DNA of 64,000 nucleotides from NCBI RefSeq assembly GCF_026210795.1, contig NC_089429.1, forward strand, positions 6,510,001 to 6,574,000. The letters run 5' to 3'. This stretch comes from Rhizophagus irregularis (lineage: Eukaryota). Position 1 is the first letter of the stretch. Each line of letters opens with the position of its first letter. A program made the translations under genes and the position numbers. A model generated the notes under the pieces. The model made no database searches, was not told the DNA's origin, and saw only the letters and a list, made by a program, of their open reading frames with translations. Shown here piece after piece: positions 13,801 to 25,698 of this stretch.

Positions 13801-14168
13801 AATTGAAAGGAAAAATAGAAACTAGTGAAATTACAGAACCAAATGAAGCAACCATATTCCAACCTGCAAAGGCATCTGGATAATCTGAAATACGTCTAGG
13901 CATTCTCGCTAAGACCAATGAGTGCATAGGCATAAAAGTTAACTTAACTCCTATGAAGAAAGTCCAGAAATGTATTTTACCTAAAAGTTCGTTGTAAGAT
14001 TTACCTATTATTTTGTGGAAATGGGCAACTACATAAGTATCATGCATTGCTATTTCAAGAGATGCGTTGGCTAAGCTTATACCCGAAAGACTCACAATGG
14101 TAAACAGAAAAATGAAACCAGTAGCTAACCAAGAAAAGATTTTAATCCCTGTTTGAATAAGCTCGTGT

Positions 14169-14809
14169 CAATTAAATTCGTTTCCATGAGAATTTTTCCT
14201 GGCCAATTTTCTTAAAGTGACGAGTCGAAGCAGTTCCTCCATTGGACTATATTTTCATCCCTAGCAAAGCAGCAGTAAAGCAATTTCTTTTTTAGTCTCT
14301 GAGGTTTTCCTGGAGTTTAGAATTTTAGCTAATCCATCCATAGTCAAGTGTTCTTTTCGCTCCATTTAATATAATAGATAATTATCAGAACTGATATCAT
14401 CTATATGGAAAGCTATTTCAATTCTTCTTTCTCCAATATTTTCGTCACCCTTAATTAAACCCGCTAAATAATAACCAAATTCTTCTTCAGTTTGCTTGTT
14501 CCACAAGTAGTTGCCCTATGTAGTAAGCCTTCAATGGTCACTAATAAAGAGGTTTTTTGAAATAAGGGTATTATCAAAGTCGAATATAACTTCAGCATTG
14601 TCACTAGTTGAAAATACTAAAGAGTTACCTGCTGATTGCTCCTCAAATCCGATCAGTTTCTTATCTTTTAATAACGTCGCGACTATTTTCCCTAAAGCAA
14701 ATGGATGAAAAGTTACATATTAGACTGGGTGGACTTTGAATATTAAGAAAGTTTCCAGCAACTAGCCAAATAATAATTAGAAATGCAACTCTAACGACAC
14801 ACTTAAGGT
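14169..14809 (-). mobile_element. Group I intron (IB-like core) within the cox1 NUMT
   Basis: The 5' exon ends in U (GTC GAT) and the intron ends in G before ACA CGA GCT TAT. Core elements in order on minus: P TGCTGGAAAC (14751-14760), Q AATCAGCAGG (14628-14637), R TCAGAGACTA (14293-14302), S AAAATATAGTCC (14244-14255). Confidence 0.85.
14310..14520 (-). pseudogene. LAGLIDADG homing endonuclease remnant, internally deleted
   Basis: EEFGYYLAGLIKGDENIGERRIEIAFH joined to the C-terminal KEHLTMDGLAKI motif. Lies between Q and R of the intron. Confidence 0.85.
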
Positions 14810-14849
14810 ATCGACATCAAGCCCAACAGCATAAAGATGATGCAAATAG

Positions 14850-15870
14850 TTTAAACTAAATGTGGGTGTTCTAACAGGACGAATAATCCAATGCGTGAGA
14901 ACCGCTTCGTCGGTAGGAGATTGTAAATAATTCGTCCAAAGATAATGGAGTTTCTATCCATAATATCAGAAAGAGTTGAGACCCATGTCGTGTTAGTAGT
15001 TTTGCCCATGTCAGGAACAGAGGGAGCAGAGAACGGAAGATATTCGTAACTACAGCGCAGTTTAAGCGAGTTCGGGGATGGGCATACAATAGGATTGTAG
15101 AGCGGGATACCAATTTGGTATACCACCTTTGAGATTGACTAAACGTAATCTGCGAAGGTCCGCCCATGAAAGTAAGTACATTCCTTCATCCGATGCTAGT
15201 TGTGAGAGAAAGTAGATATGATGCTTGGATAGCGAAAAAATATGGTTGCTAAACTCCGGGAGTATGGATCAAAGTGGAAATTGTCCTTTTAAGGTAGGAA
15301 AGGATGATCGGTCGGGAGGTTGAAAAGGAATATTCCGGTCTTTCGCATCTGGTAGGCATTGGAAGAACCAATCATTAGTGAATCTTTTTTTTGGAGAGCA
15401 TGGTGAGAAATCTGGAAGGGTTCGCGGATCCATCCCAATGGCCATAAAATTACGGAGCAAAAGAGACGGATGCGAGCAAAGTGTGAGGAAAGATGATGAT
15501 TGATCATGTTATAGAACGAGACAAGGCGTTTCTTTTGTAAAGAACTAGAAAGGTCTTTGAGTCCATAAAACCCAGAACTGTACAGGACAACTGAAAGATA
15601 GGGTAATCCATTTTTTTATTTTTGAATAGTCGTCTGAAAGAGCCGAGGAAATGTAGGTGAGCTGAGCACGATATTCCACTCGCGGAAGAAGAACCGCGTT
15701 CTGTAAATACACCAATTGTTGCGCGTAAGGCGTTTAAACTTGAGAGTCTGTACAAACAAGTCGTATTCCGCTTTTAGTTGCGAGTGAACAAAGATGGGCG
15801 AGTATTGGAGATTAAATCAGACAGCTAGGAATCTATGGAGGAATTAAGTTTTTCCGAACGGAAGAAATGT
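14850..15870 (-). mobile_element. Non-LTR retrotransposon ORF2 fragment (region upstream of RNase H), decayed
   Basis: SDEGMYLLSWADL..KGGIPNWY and TWVSTL..IIFGRII motifs resemble Glomeromycota LINE ORF2. GC-richer than its flanks and in the same orientation as 13430-13800. Confidence 0.65.
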
Positions 15871-18800
15871 TATAAATTTATATAAATTTAATTACTTACA
15901 AAAATCGAATTCAAATGGATGTGTAATATCCTCTTTAGCAACGGTACCGGGAAGACAATTTCCTGATACTATCGCTAAAATTTGCTTTTCCATTGGGAAA
16001 AAATGTGTGATGCCTCTTCTGTACCATGTCAAACGTAATAGTGGGTCTATAATTAGCTTTGAGAGCGTAGAATTGGTCAAATAAATTAACGCGTGAATAA
16101 ATCTAGGAATGATATAAAATAAATACCTCAATTCATTCTTTAACATACGCCCCCGTATGATGTTAAGATTTCGCATTACTATCCACCATCTTCAAATCAT
16201 GTTTGGCCACTGTATGTTTAAACAAACTCCGTCTCATTAAATAAAATATTCTTCTGGTTTAAACCCATAAGTCCGATAAAATGTTTTAACAATCTTAGAC
16301 CGCCAGATCTACTATTTTTTTCGTGACGCCTGGTTTGAACTCTAATTGTTGCTGCATAACGTGATGGAATGCATTTATTGTTACTTGGTGAATCAATATG
16401 CAATTCATTAGTGCAAGTAAAATACTTACCTACTGAACCACCAACTACACGTTCACACGTTCACATGCAATAAGACCATTATCAACAATATCAGATGATG
16501 ATGAATGCCTTTTCCTTCACTTGTAATCGATATGCTTTATAAGCAGCAGCATCTGACTTGTTTAATTTTCTCAATAATTCAATTTCCAAACACCGAAGCA
16601 ATTGTCGCTACAAATTAAAAATTTCAATCAAATTTAATATATATGTATATATAAAACCACAAAGGGCAGCATAAGATGGACTTCTGTTATCTCCTGAAGA
16701 GATGCGAGAAACATAAATATATAAAAAATATTTTGTGTGAAAAAAAAAACCATAGTTTACCAGATGTGGAATGAGATACGTCTGCACCTATCAAAATTGT
16801 GGGCGATCATCTAAAACATAATATGCTAAGGAATCAGGAATGAGGGGTGAATTCATTTCTCCAAGTTTAACGTTTATATTCGTACAATATTATTTTCTCA
16901 GGTCTTCCATGTAACCAAGGGTAACATCAGTTGCTAATCATTTATCCCGCAAATTCCATACTCCATCTTTCGGCTCAATTGTTGGTGTGGGAAGAATCCT
17001 AGCGTTCACCTGTAAGATAAATTTCGAGTTATTAAAGATCTAATTGTTATCAAAGTATAATTTACTTTTTCATAATTTAAACCCACCCAGCCATATCATT
17101 TGATATACTCATTCCGGTATTCATTACCTTGATAATTTAATATATTGAGACCATCATGGATCTTATTTACCATTTCATTTGTTTATCTTCCAGTCAATTT
17201 TTGCATATTTCGTTATTCCTGTTAATATAAAAAAATTTTTTTTTTTTAAAAAAAAAAAATTTCTTACATGAATATATAATTTACCAGAATTACATCACAA
17301 ACTCAGGACCTACAAAAATAAAAAAAGAAATGTTATCGTGGTTCTTAAAACAATTTTGAATCTTCATCCCAAAGAAATAAACTCACCATATACATATTAT
17401 AGTAGTCAAAAAGCTTATCTATATTTGAAGTCCTTTTGAAAAGTCAACTCCTATTAAAATAAAATAAAGTAAAATTCAAAAAAACTAACTGAAGTACCTT
17501 TCACGCTATTTCGAGTACTAGGGGGTATATATAACAAATCTGGGTCGCACAGCCATTGTACAATAACTGATAATCTAACGGTGGACTTCGCATTTCGGAA
17601 AAATTAAAAATTAATACGTTCGTCCATTTCTTTGATTAGGAATTCAGCCCTGCGTCCCGTCCATGGTTTTTTAAATATAACATTAATTATTCTTTCAATT
17701 TCAATTATAATAATTATATTCAAATTTCTATAATAGCTAATATAATTAAGACTGGATTTTTTATTTGATTTTTTTCAAAAAATCAGAATCAATTTTTTGG
17801 ATTAAATCATACCTGATGTCTCATGTGTCTCTTTAGGAAGATCATGTCTTCACTTTATCCTCAAAGTTTGATCTCTTAATATTCATCTTTAATTACACCA
17901 ATTTCCTACTTCATGCTTATCTTTGAGAAAAAAATTCTTTAATTATTGTTGTTATCCTATTAATAGAACTAATGAAAGAATGTTGTAATTATGAGTACAG
18001 TCGTGTCAGAAAATAATTCCCAACTTATAAAATTTTCTGATATTTAATGATGTGCCTTTTAAAAATCAGTTTAAAATACTAGTAATAAACGTAAATATTG
18101 TAATATTTGATATTGTCTATCATGCTTCTAATTTTTTCCTGATATATGAATAACCCTTTACTACCTGTCTACCTCATCATTCGACCAGTGAATTCATTTT
18201 TAATTATAACTTACCAGTATATTAAAGGTAAAGTTTGGAAATGTTTAAAAATTTCAAAAAACACAAAATGTACTGTCCTGTAAGACTAGTATGTTGTATA
18301 GATATCAGAAAAGTTGGTTTTATGTTTTGTATGTTACACATAAGTATTCGATAACGGGTTCGTGGCGCAGCAATTTCAAAATTTTATATAAAGGCACTTG
18401 TGACCTACATGTAATCAATCCTAAATGGTGCTTTCAAATTTTTCAATTTTATCTGATATATTAATCACGATTATTTAATTATGTTTACATTTTTTCCGCA
18501 TAATATAAAAATTTTTTGATTATTTAGTATCAAGAGTATCAAGAAAAATTAAAAATTTTATATAAAAAACTTTCATACATTATTTGTCTTTTTCATTATG
18601 TTTTTCAGTGCTTGGAAATTTTGTTGACAGACAATCTCATTTTAACAAACGTCCTATGGAATCGCGTAAAGTTCAAATTTCTCTTTTAATTTGATCCTTG
18701 TTGTCTTTAATTTGTTGATAACAATGTCTTAACTTATTAAACATTCATACCATTTTGTCCTTTCTTTTTTGATTTCCTACCAGCTTGACCATTGAATGAA

Positions 18801-19279
18801 TTCGTTTACCTCATCTTGAGGAAAAATGGTAAAGATCATTTCTCCTGAATATTTAGCTGATTTACAATTTTTCGTGAATGATCTACAGATTTGTACGGGC
18901 GCTTTAATAATGATCTGATGTGGCGCTTGGGTATAAATATATATTCTTTTATGGCGGAAGTGAAGAATCCTACGAATCAACAGATGCGCCAACGTTAGAT
19001 AGTACAACATTAACTAGCATAGTTATATTGGAAGCGCCTTGACACATTATCACTAGATAACCCTGTACAAAAAGTCGATCCGTTTTTTGTATTCCATCTT
19101 TTTTCCGTAAAAGGCTCATCTTTCCGGAATTAATAATAACCTTATATCACGAAATTTATCAAATTATTTACATTTTCCGTGAATAATATATATATATTAT
19201 ATATATTGATCCGTGAAAGGCTCACTTTTACGGAATTTTTGCAGAAATAACGGATATAGGGTAACAGGAGGAAACCTTA

Positions 19280-21180
19280 CATCATTATCCAAGATCCAAC
19301 ATCACTGATAATCATAATGTTATTTGCTATCCAGTTACTTTAACACATAAGGCGCGACCATTAAAGTTGAGAAACAGCAGGGTTTGATGCAATGTGCGAT
19401 TTCAGCTGCTAAAAGTATACACATTGAGGCTGATACCGATGGCGAACGGCTCATAAGTCAACACATTTAGTTTGAAGTCTTCTAATAATTTGTCACAAGG
19501 AATGAACGAAGCAGAGAATTCCTCATTGGACGATAGCGACCGTTATTGAATTGTAATCGAACGATATTTTGATTGATCGATGGATTGAAAATGATGAGCT
19601 TAAAAAGCAGCTTTTGAACACTTGAGACAACATAAAGAATTAAATCGATTACGTACAATACAGATGGATCGATGGCGCACAAGGTTATTAACTCGTCTAC
19701 GGGGATGAATGATTTCTCCATACAACTTTCGCTGAGAGCGTCATTCGTCATCAACGAAACATTAGCATCACTTAAAGCCAGTTTATCCTTTTGGCCCTTG
19801 TCTACAAGAGTAGAACTTGAACTTGCAGCGATCTTTTTAACCCTGTTCTCAGCCCCGGAAAATGCAACAGTCAATATACACACGGATAGTTTAAGTGCCA
19901 TATACGGTATCATCGATTTATTGAAAAGAAGCGGGTAACCAACCGTAAATGGTTCGGAAAAAAAAAATTTATTGCTCCTTTTGAAAATTGACATGCTTAT
20001 TAGAGGAAAGAAAATTAATATTAACATGGTTAAGGTCAAATGACATAGTGGGGACGAATTGAATGATATGGCGGATGAATTGGTACATTTTGATAATAGT
20101 TTTAAAAATTCCTTTTTTAATTTACAATTTACCCTCATTTCTTTTCTTTTCCTATTGAACAGAAATTTAGAAAATTCGTCAACACCATTTGGTATAACTT
20201 AAACATTGATTGGAACATAGCCTTTGGAGTTTGGACAACACAAAGGGCTCAATGCACGTTGACGACTAAACACAGACATTGCACAATTCTTCGACTGTTG
20301 AGGACTTACTTCACTTGTATGACTGTCCAGCATTTGAACTAGCTTGGTCCCAAATTTACAGACACTCTCGAACTTTTCTTAAGGACATCCTCGCACAAAC
20401 TAATGGACGATGCAGACAAGTATCGACGTGCCATCAATCAAATTATAAGCTCGAATCATTCTTCGATTATTTTTGATTCATTTAGAAAGGACGCCTACCA
20501 TGACAATGCGACAAATTCTCATCAATACTCTAATACGAAGCCTCAAGTTATCAACTACGGAAGCCAAATTTACGTTGGTACATCTTTTAAAATATACTTT
20601 ATAGTTTTATTCAAAACTACGTATGGATATCGCGATGCGACAACATAATCAAATGGGAGACCACCCGAGGCATTCGACGCAGCGTCAAAATCGCATCTAA
20701 AGAAAGAATGCATAGAAGCAAGACAACGCTACGTACAGCTACCGTCATTCATCAACCGGACATGAATCAATCCATTGATGATATTGTGGTACTAGATGAA
20801 AAATATTTCACCGTTTCTACTTGATATATCTAAGATGGTCTGGAGTGGCGTACCGCTCAGAATAAGTAGACTAAAGACAACAACAAGATGTGGATATATC
20901 TAAGTAACTGTTATTAAGCGGAAAATGACAACATGGAAAGAGTTTACGTCGAAGCCTTATTACTGAAGACTTCGTCACCTATTTACAACACAACTATCTT
21001 TACACCAACAGACCACGATAAATCGGTCTTTAACCGATTAGCGGACTATATATAAAAAGGCGAATGGTGTTGGCGTAATTTTCTAATGCTAGTGTTAGTA
21101 AGGGTTATTAATTGGTTATAATCATTGATTTGTTCTATTAATTTTATTTTTACTTTTATTTCTATTTTAGATTTTAGTTT
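19280..21180 (+). mobile_element. Non-LTR retrotransposon, 3' half of ORF2 with RNase H, decayed
   Basis: RNase H motifs YNTDGS (19653), WPLSTRVEL..AIF, VNIHTDSLSAI and KVK*HSGDELNDMADEL. Downstream EDLLHLYDCP knuckle remnant and WISRCDNIIKWE. T-rich tract at ~21140-21180. Confidence 0.85.
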
Positions 21181-23552
21181 ATTGAATTGTTATTTTTCTG
21201 ATAATCATTAGGATCCACAAATGTACAACATTTGCAGTACTATTGACTGTTATTAAAACAATGCTGGCAATACACAAAGAAAATCTCCTTCTGATGATAT
21301 TATTGATATCAACCTCTCATTAGATTGTATTAATTTAGGAAATAATACTTCAAATATCTATTAGGGAAACGGAAAAGAAAATAGAAGGAAAAATGGAATT
21401 TCTCATGGCTTTATTGATTTGGTTGAAATGATGTTCAAAACCACAAACAACAGTCATATGGATACACTTAAGTTGTATGTCTCTAAAGATTCTAGGTTGC
21501 TGTTGCGCATTCAACTTCTAACCAGGATTCAGGTGATCCCACATTTATTATCAAGACTACTCCGAAAGACCGACAATTTAGTTATGGCTTTGTCCTTATG
21601 AAACTATCGACAGTCTAATTTCTGATGAATGTAAGAGGGCACTCTTCTTAATTACAAAGATCGCCGTAATCAATGCGCTCGCCAAAACTGTTGAAAGTTA
21701 TATTGATTACCAGATGAGCACGTGTACACCAATTTATCGCATTGGTGTAATGATATTTGACGAGTAGCTTAAAAAATATTCAACCTCAAACTGATAATCA
21801 CAATTTTTCGTAAGGGCAAAAGGTATTATTATCCGATGTATTACTATGTTGTACTGATTTATGATTTGTTTGAGAATTGTCCAACTAATCATACTTGTCT
21901 TATTTTGCAGAGGAACAAAAAGAATAGATAGAAGAGCAATGGTAAAGAAATATGGAGATATTTTTAGAGATTACGTGTCCACCGAAATTCAGAAGTTAAA
22001 AATGTGGGATTAAGTGCTAATTGGGAATTTTTTTTGAAAAAAGGTTGTATGTTATGTAAAGATTTGAAGTATATTAGTTGAAAAATTTTTTATTCACAGT
22101 ATTCACAATAGAAAATGCGTTAATTTTTTGTTATAGATGGCATAATCATTAATTTTGAGGAAGCAGCTCAAAAGAAAGTAGAGGAGATTAAAAATAAATT
22201 GAAAGAGGAGAAAAGGTAATCAATAGCCCTTTCTTTACATTTGACAAAATGATCAACGCAATCATATAGGAGCTAAATAGGAATATGCATTAGATATTGA
22301 ACATATGAAAGACCGATCAACATTTTAGCAACAGATACATACAAGTGGATGCTAAAAGAAATGAGAATAACTTATCAAGCAAAGAATCGGAGCCACAGGA
22401 GAAGTTCGAATCACGGTATTTAAAATTTTCATCTTAGATTTAAGAAGCCATCGCTGTCTTCAAGCTTCCCGAGATTTAATTTTAAGCTAATTCACCGAGT
22501 TACTGCGAATTGAAGGAAAGTGATCTCAAAATATAATGAGGAAGATAGACTTGTTATGTATATTCACAGTAATTGATAATAAGAAAGAACAGATGTGAAA
22601 GAAATAATTATTTTTGAATAGTAATATGCATTAATTTCAGGAATTCAAATTAATGTATGATTATGATTGATTTAATTGGGAATGAAGAATATTTTAAAAT
22701 AAAATTTCTTTATTAAAATAGATCTTAAAACTTTATAGATTTGAACATAAAAGAGCATCATCTGATGATGGGCTCAGAAAAAAATTATAGTAGAAAAATG
22801 AACAGTGACGACAAAAAAAATTCATTCACGTGATCGAGTTACAAAAATATTATACATTTATGTTCAAATAAAATTGCAAAATTATACTAAAAATATTTTA
22901 TTTTAGAAAAATCACAACTTTTAATTAAACACGTGATTTAGAAAATAAGCCTATTGTATTTGTGTGTGACCATAATAAAAATCAAATAATCTGAAACATA
23001 AAAATAAAATAATAAAAATCAAATAAAAAATAAAATGTGTAACCAAAATTAATATTGTTTCTTATTGTTACAGAAAAAATATTTTTTGGAAATGATTTAT
23101 TATATCTGGAACAATACAATCAGAATAAAAATTTCCCAGAAGCTATTATGTACTAAATTCTATTTAGAATTTCTTTCTGTTTACCCGGACCGATTTATTC
23201 TTTATTTATTTATTTTTTTTTGACCATTTTAATCATTATTAAAAAAATTACGTACTATAAGCCCTCCTTCCTGGTTTCAACTCTTTTTCACAAGGGAATT
23301 TCTAAAAATGGAAAGTAAAGAAGAAAAAAATGCTTTATCTAAAATTTTTTTTTTTTTTAAAAAAAAACAAGGTTTCTTATCAAAAAGAAAAAAAAAATTT
23401 TTTTTTATTATAAAATGATGAAATGATTGTTGATTTCTTTTAAAAATGGATTCATTCAAACTTTGTTTAAGCAGCTACAGCAGATATTTTCGGATCTAAT
23501 TTCTCAAAAAAAAGAAAAACCTACCGAATGCATGGGCGTCAAAACGGATCTA

Positions 23553-23639
23553 AATCCGAATTCCGAATAGTTCCTGTTTTTAATTCCGAATTCCCCGAAT
23601 CGTTCCTGTTTTTAATTCCAAATTCCGAATACTTCCTGT
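23553..23639. repeat. Three-copy ~28-30 bp tandem repeat, possibly a transposon subterminal array
   Basis: Consensus AATTCCGAATTCCGAAT..TTCCTGT repeated three times. Confidence 0.75.
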
Positions 23640-25549
23640 CACTTATCACTTAAAAAAATCTTTGTCATCAAAAATTCGCCAATTCATTTTTTTTTTTCAA
23701 TTAGTTGATCATAGCAGAATAACAATAAACCATGAATATTATGAATAATAGAAATTTTTTATCGTTGTAATAATAAATAATTGATATCGTTAATTAAAAC
23801 ATTTATTTTTTTTGGTTTTTTATCAAAATTCTGCGATTCAAACGCATAAATGATTCATTAAGATAAATATTTGCAAATAGATTCACATAAAATTTATTAC
23901 GTTAATATTATTTACATTATATTGTTTATAATATATTATTAAGAAAACGATAAAAAAAACATCACGTCATATAAAAGTAAAAAATAATCGAATGATCATT
24001 TTCGAAAAAATTGTTTGAGAAAAATACGAAATCGAAAAATTATAACATCAATTTAAGAAAAAAATAATAAATCGAAATATTTAACTATCGAAATAATTCT
24101 GTCTTACTCAATTTTTAAGTTGAGTATTTCGTTTTTTCGTCATATAATCGATAAAGTTATTAACTAATCTACTATCCTTTTTTTTTTTTAAAAAAAAAAT
24201 TTTATATGCTTGGATCACTGGTAAAGAAATGTGAGAGTAAAATAAGAATTACGATATCATAATTATTAAAATCATTAAACCAATACTTACACCAAGTCTC
24301 GTCTTTAAATTAAAATCGGATAAAAGGAATGTGTTTTAGTTGGAAGCGTCTGTAAATAAAAAAAATATATATATATATTTTTTAGAAACCTTGATAAATT
24401 ATTATCAGTTATTATTATTATTTATTGTTTGTTTTACGCTTTTACCTGTGGCTTAATTAAAATTTCATCATTTATTACGTCTCATATAGCTAAAAAATCG
24501 AAAGCGTTGGTACTTGGTACGAACGATTTGAACGGAGTAGCTTTATATATATATAAACACTCTGTATGCTGATGTGATAAGTGAATGCAATAGATTATAC
24601 TGTATATACTGTATATACTTTAACAGTTAATTGATTATCGTATCATCCGAAATACAGTATATAATATACAGTATACATTTTTTTAATATACATTTTTTTT
24701 TTTTAATAAAATACAAAATCTTTAGATGAAATTTTCAACTTGAACATATCATTTAATTGAGGTCGTTAGATATGTCTTTTGTTTTTCTCGTTATATAATA
24801 TCAAATTTAAAGTTAATGGATTAAATTTATCCAAGTTCCAAGTTATTGGAATTAAATAAAACGAAAAAAAACAAAAAAAAAAACGAAAAGAACGCCCTCT
24901 GGAATGTCACATATGTCCTCTGGCATGTCATAAAAATCCTCTGGAATGTCACAAATGCACAAAAAAAATAGTCACATATATTCGCGGTACAATCATTAAA
25001 CTATAAATTTTTTTTTTTTTGTATGCACAAAATATAGTCACATTTATTCGCGGTACATCGCATTTATTAATTTACACTATAATTTTTTTACAGAAAAAAA
25101 CGCCAAGAAAAAAACGCTATCCTACTTTAGAAATAAAAGTTTTTTATATAGTATATAATAATTAATTATTTAACGCGAATTCTTTTGTTTAACTTTTTTA
25201 ATCATTGACTTTCTATCATATGTAAAGATCATATCATTCATATGTATAAAAGTTCTTATCAATAATTTAAAATTATTAATTGTAACTAATTAAAAATTTG
25301 TACTTTGTACATGTCTTTTCCTTTATCAATCTAAAAAAAAATATGAGTTTTAATAAAGAACTCACGGCGGAAATTCCAAAATAACAATTCTGATAAGCAA
25401 AAGCAGATTAAACCAGTTTCATATATCATATACTGTAACAAAGTTTCATACATACTCAAATACTGCATCAATTTTCAAGAGATAATCTAATATGTACAAT
25501 ACAGAGATATCATACAAAAGAGACTTACAACGGAAGAACAAAATAAGTT

Positions 25550-25698
25550 AATTCATTGAGAAAATAATAAAGAACAATTCATTGAGAAAATAATAAACAA
25601 TACATTGAGGAAATAATAAACAATACATTGAGAAAATAATAAAGAACAATCCATTGAGAAAATAATAAAGAACAATTCATTGAGAAAATAATAAAGAA
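25550..25698. repeat. Minisatellite, six units of 23 or 26 bp
   Basis: CATTGAGAAAATAATAAA(GAA)CAAT(T/A/C) x6, last unit partial. Confidence 0.9.

Larger units (their letters stand above)
13803..14843 (-). pseudogene. cox1: NUMT: mitochondrial cytochrome c oxidase subunit 1 fragment containing a group I intron
   Basis: HHLYAVGLDVD | intron | [89 protein letters not shown]. At least three internal deletions relative to canonical Cox1. Embedded in nuclear transposon sequence. Confidence 0.95.
12758..17900 (-). pseudogene. Argonaute pseudogene 2, multi-exon, interrupted by LINE and NUMT insertions (12808-15870)
   Basis: Ordered AGO motifs on minus: KIHDGLNILNYQGNEY (~17120-17170), VNARILPTPTI..PKDGVWNLRDK (16940-17010), NVKLGEMNS and TILIGADVSH (16770-16875), SPSYAALCG (16657-16685), PSRYAATIRVQ..HE, LLKTFYRTYGFKPE and RDGV (16225-16375), VQKRHH..FFP and GNCLPGTV..DITHPFEFDF|GTAAG (15899-16030). 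It resumes beyond the insertions as SLQML..RCTCAVTL|GT (12758-12807). Stops, frameshifts and deletions throughout. Confidence 0.9.

Noticed and set aside
13424..14095. Functional nuclear or mitochondrial cox1 gene
   Set aside because: Fragmentary, with conserved segments deleted, and fused to LINE sequence.
14850..15870. Endogenous mitovirus RdRp next to the NUMT
   Set aside because: No RdRp motifs (GDD and others) were found; the peptides fit LINE ORF2.
19058..19263. MITE with ACCCT..TCCGTT termini
   Set aside because: The inverted match is short and gapped, and no TSD was seen.
19482..20138. 218-aa minus-strand ORF as a gene
   Set aside because: It is antisense to the plus-strand RNase H domain and has no recognisable motifs.
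21200..22600. Decayed plus-strand gene
   Set aside because: Coding-like composition, but no motif I could recognise and no continuous frame.
25550..25698. CRISPR array, or coding ORF 25553..25771
   Set aside because: Head-to-tail minisatellite without unique spacers; the ORF is a by-product of the repeat.
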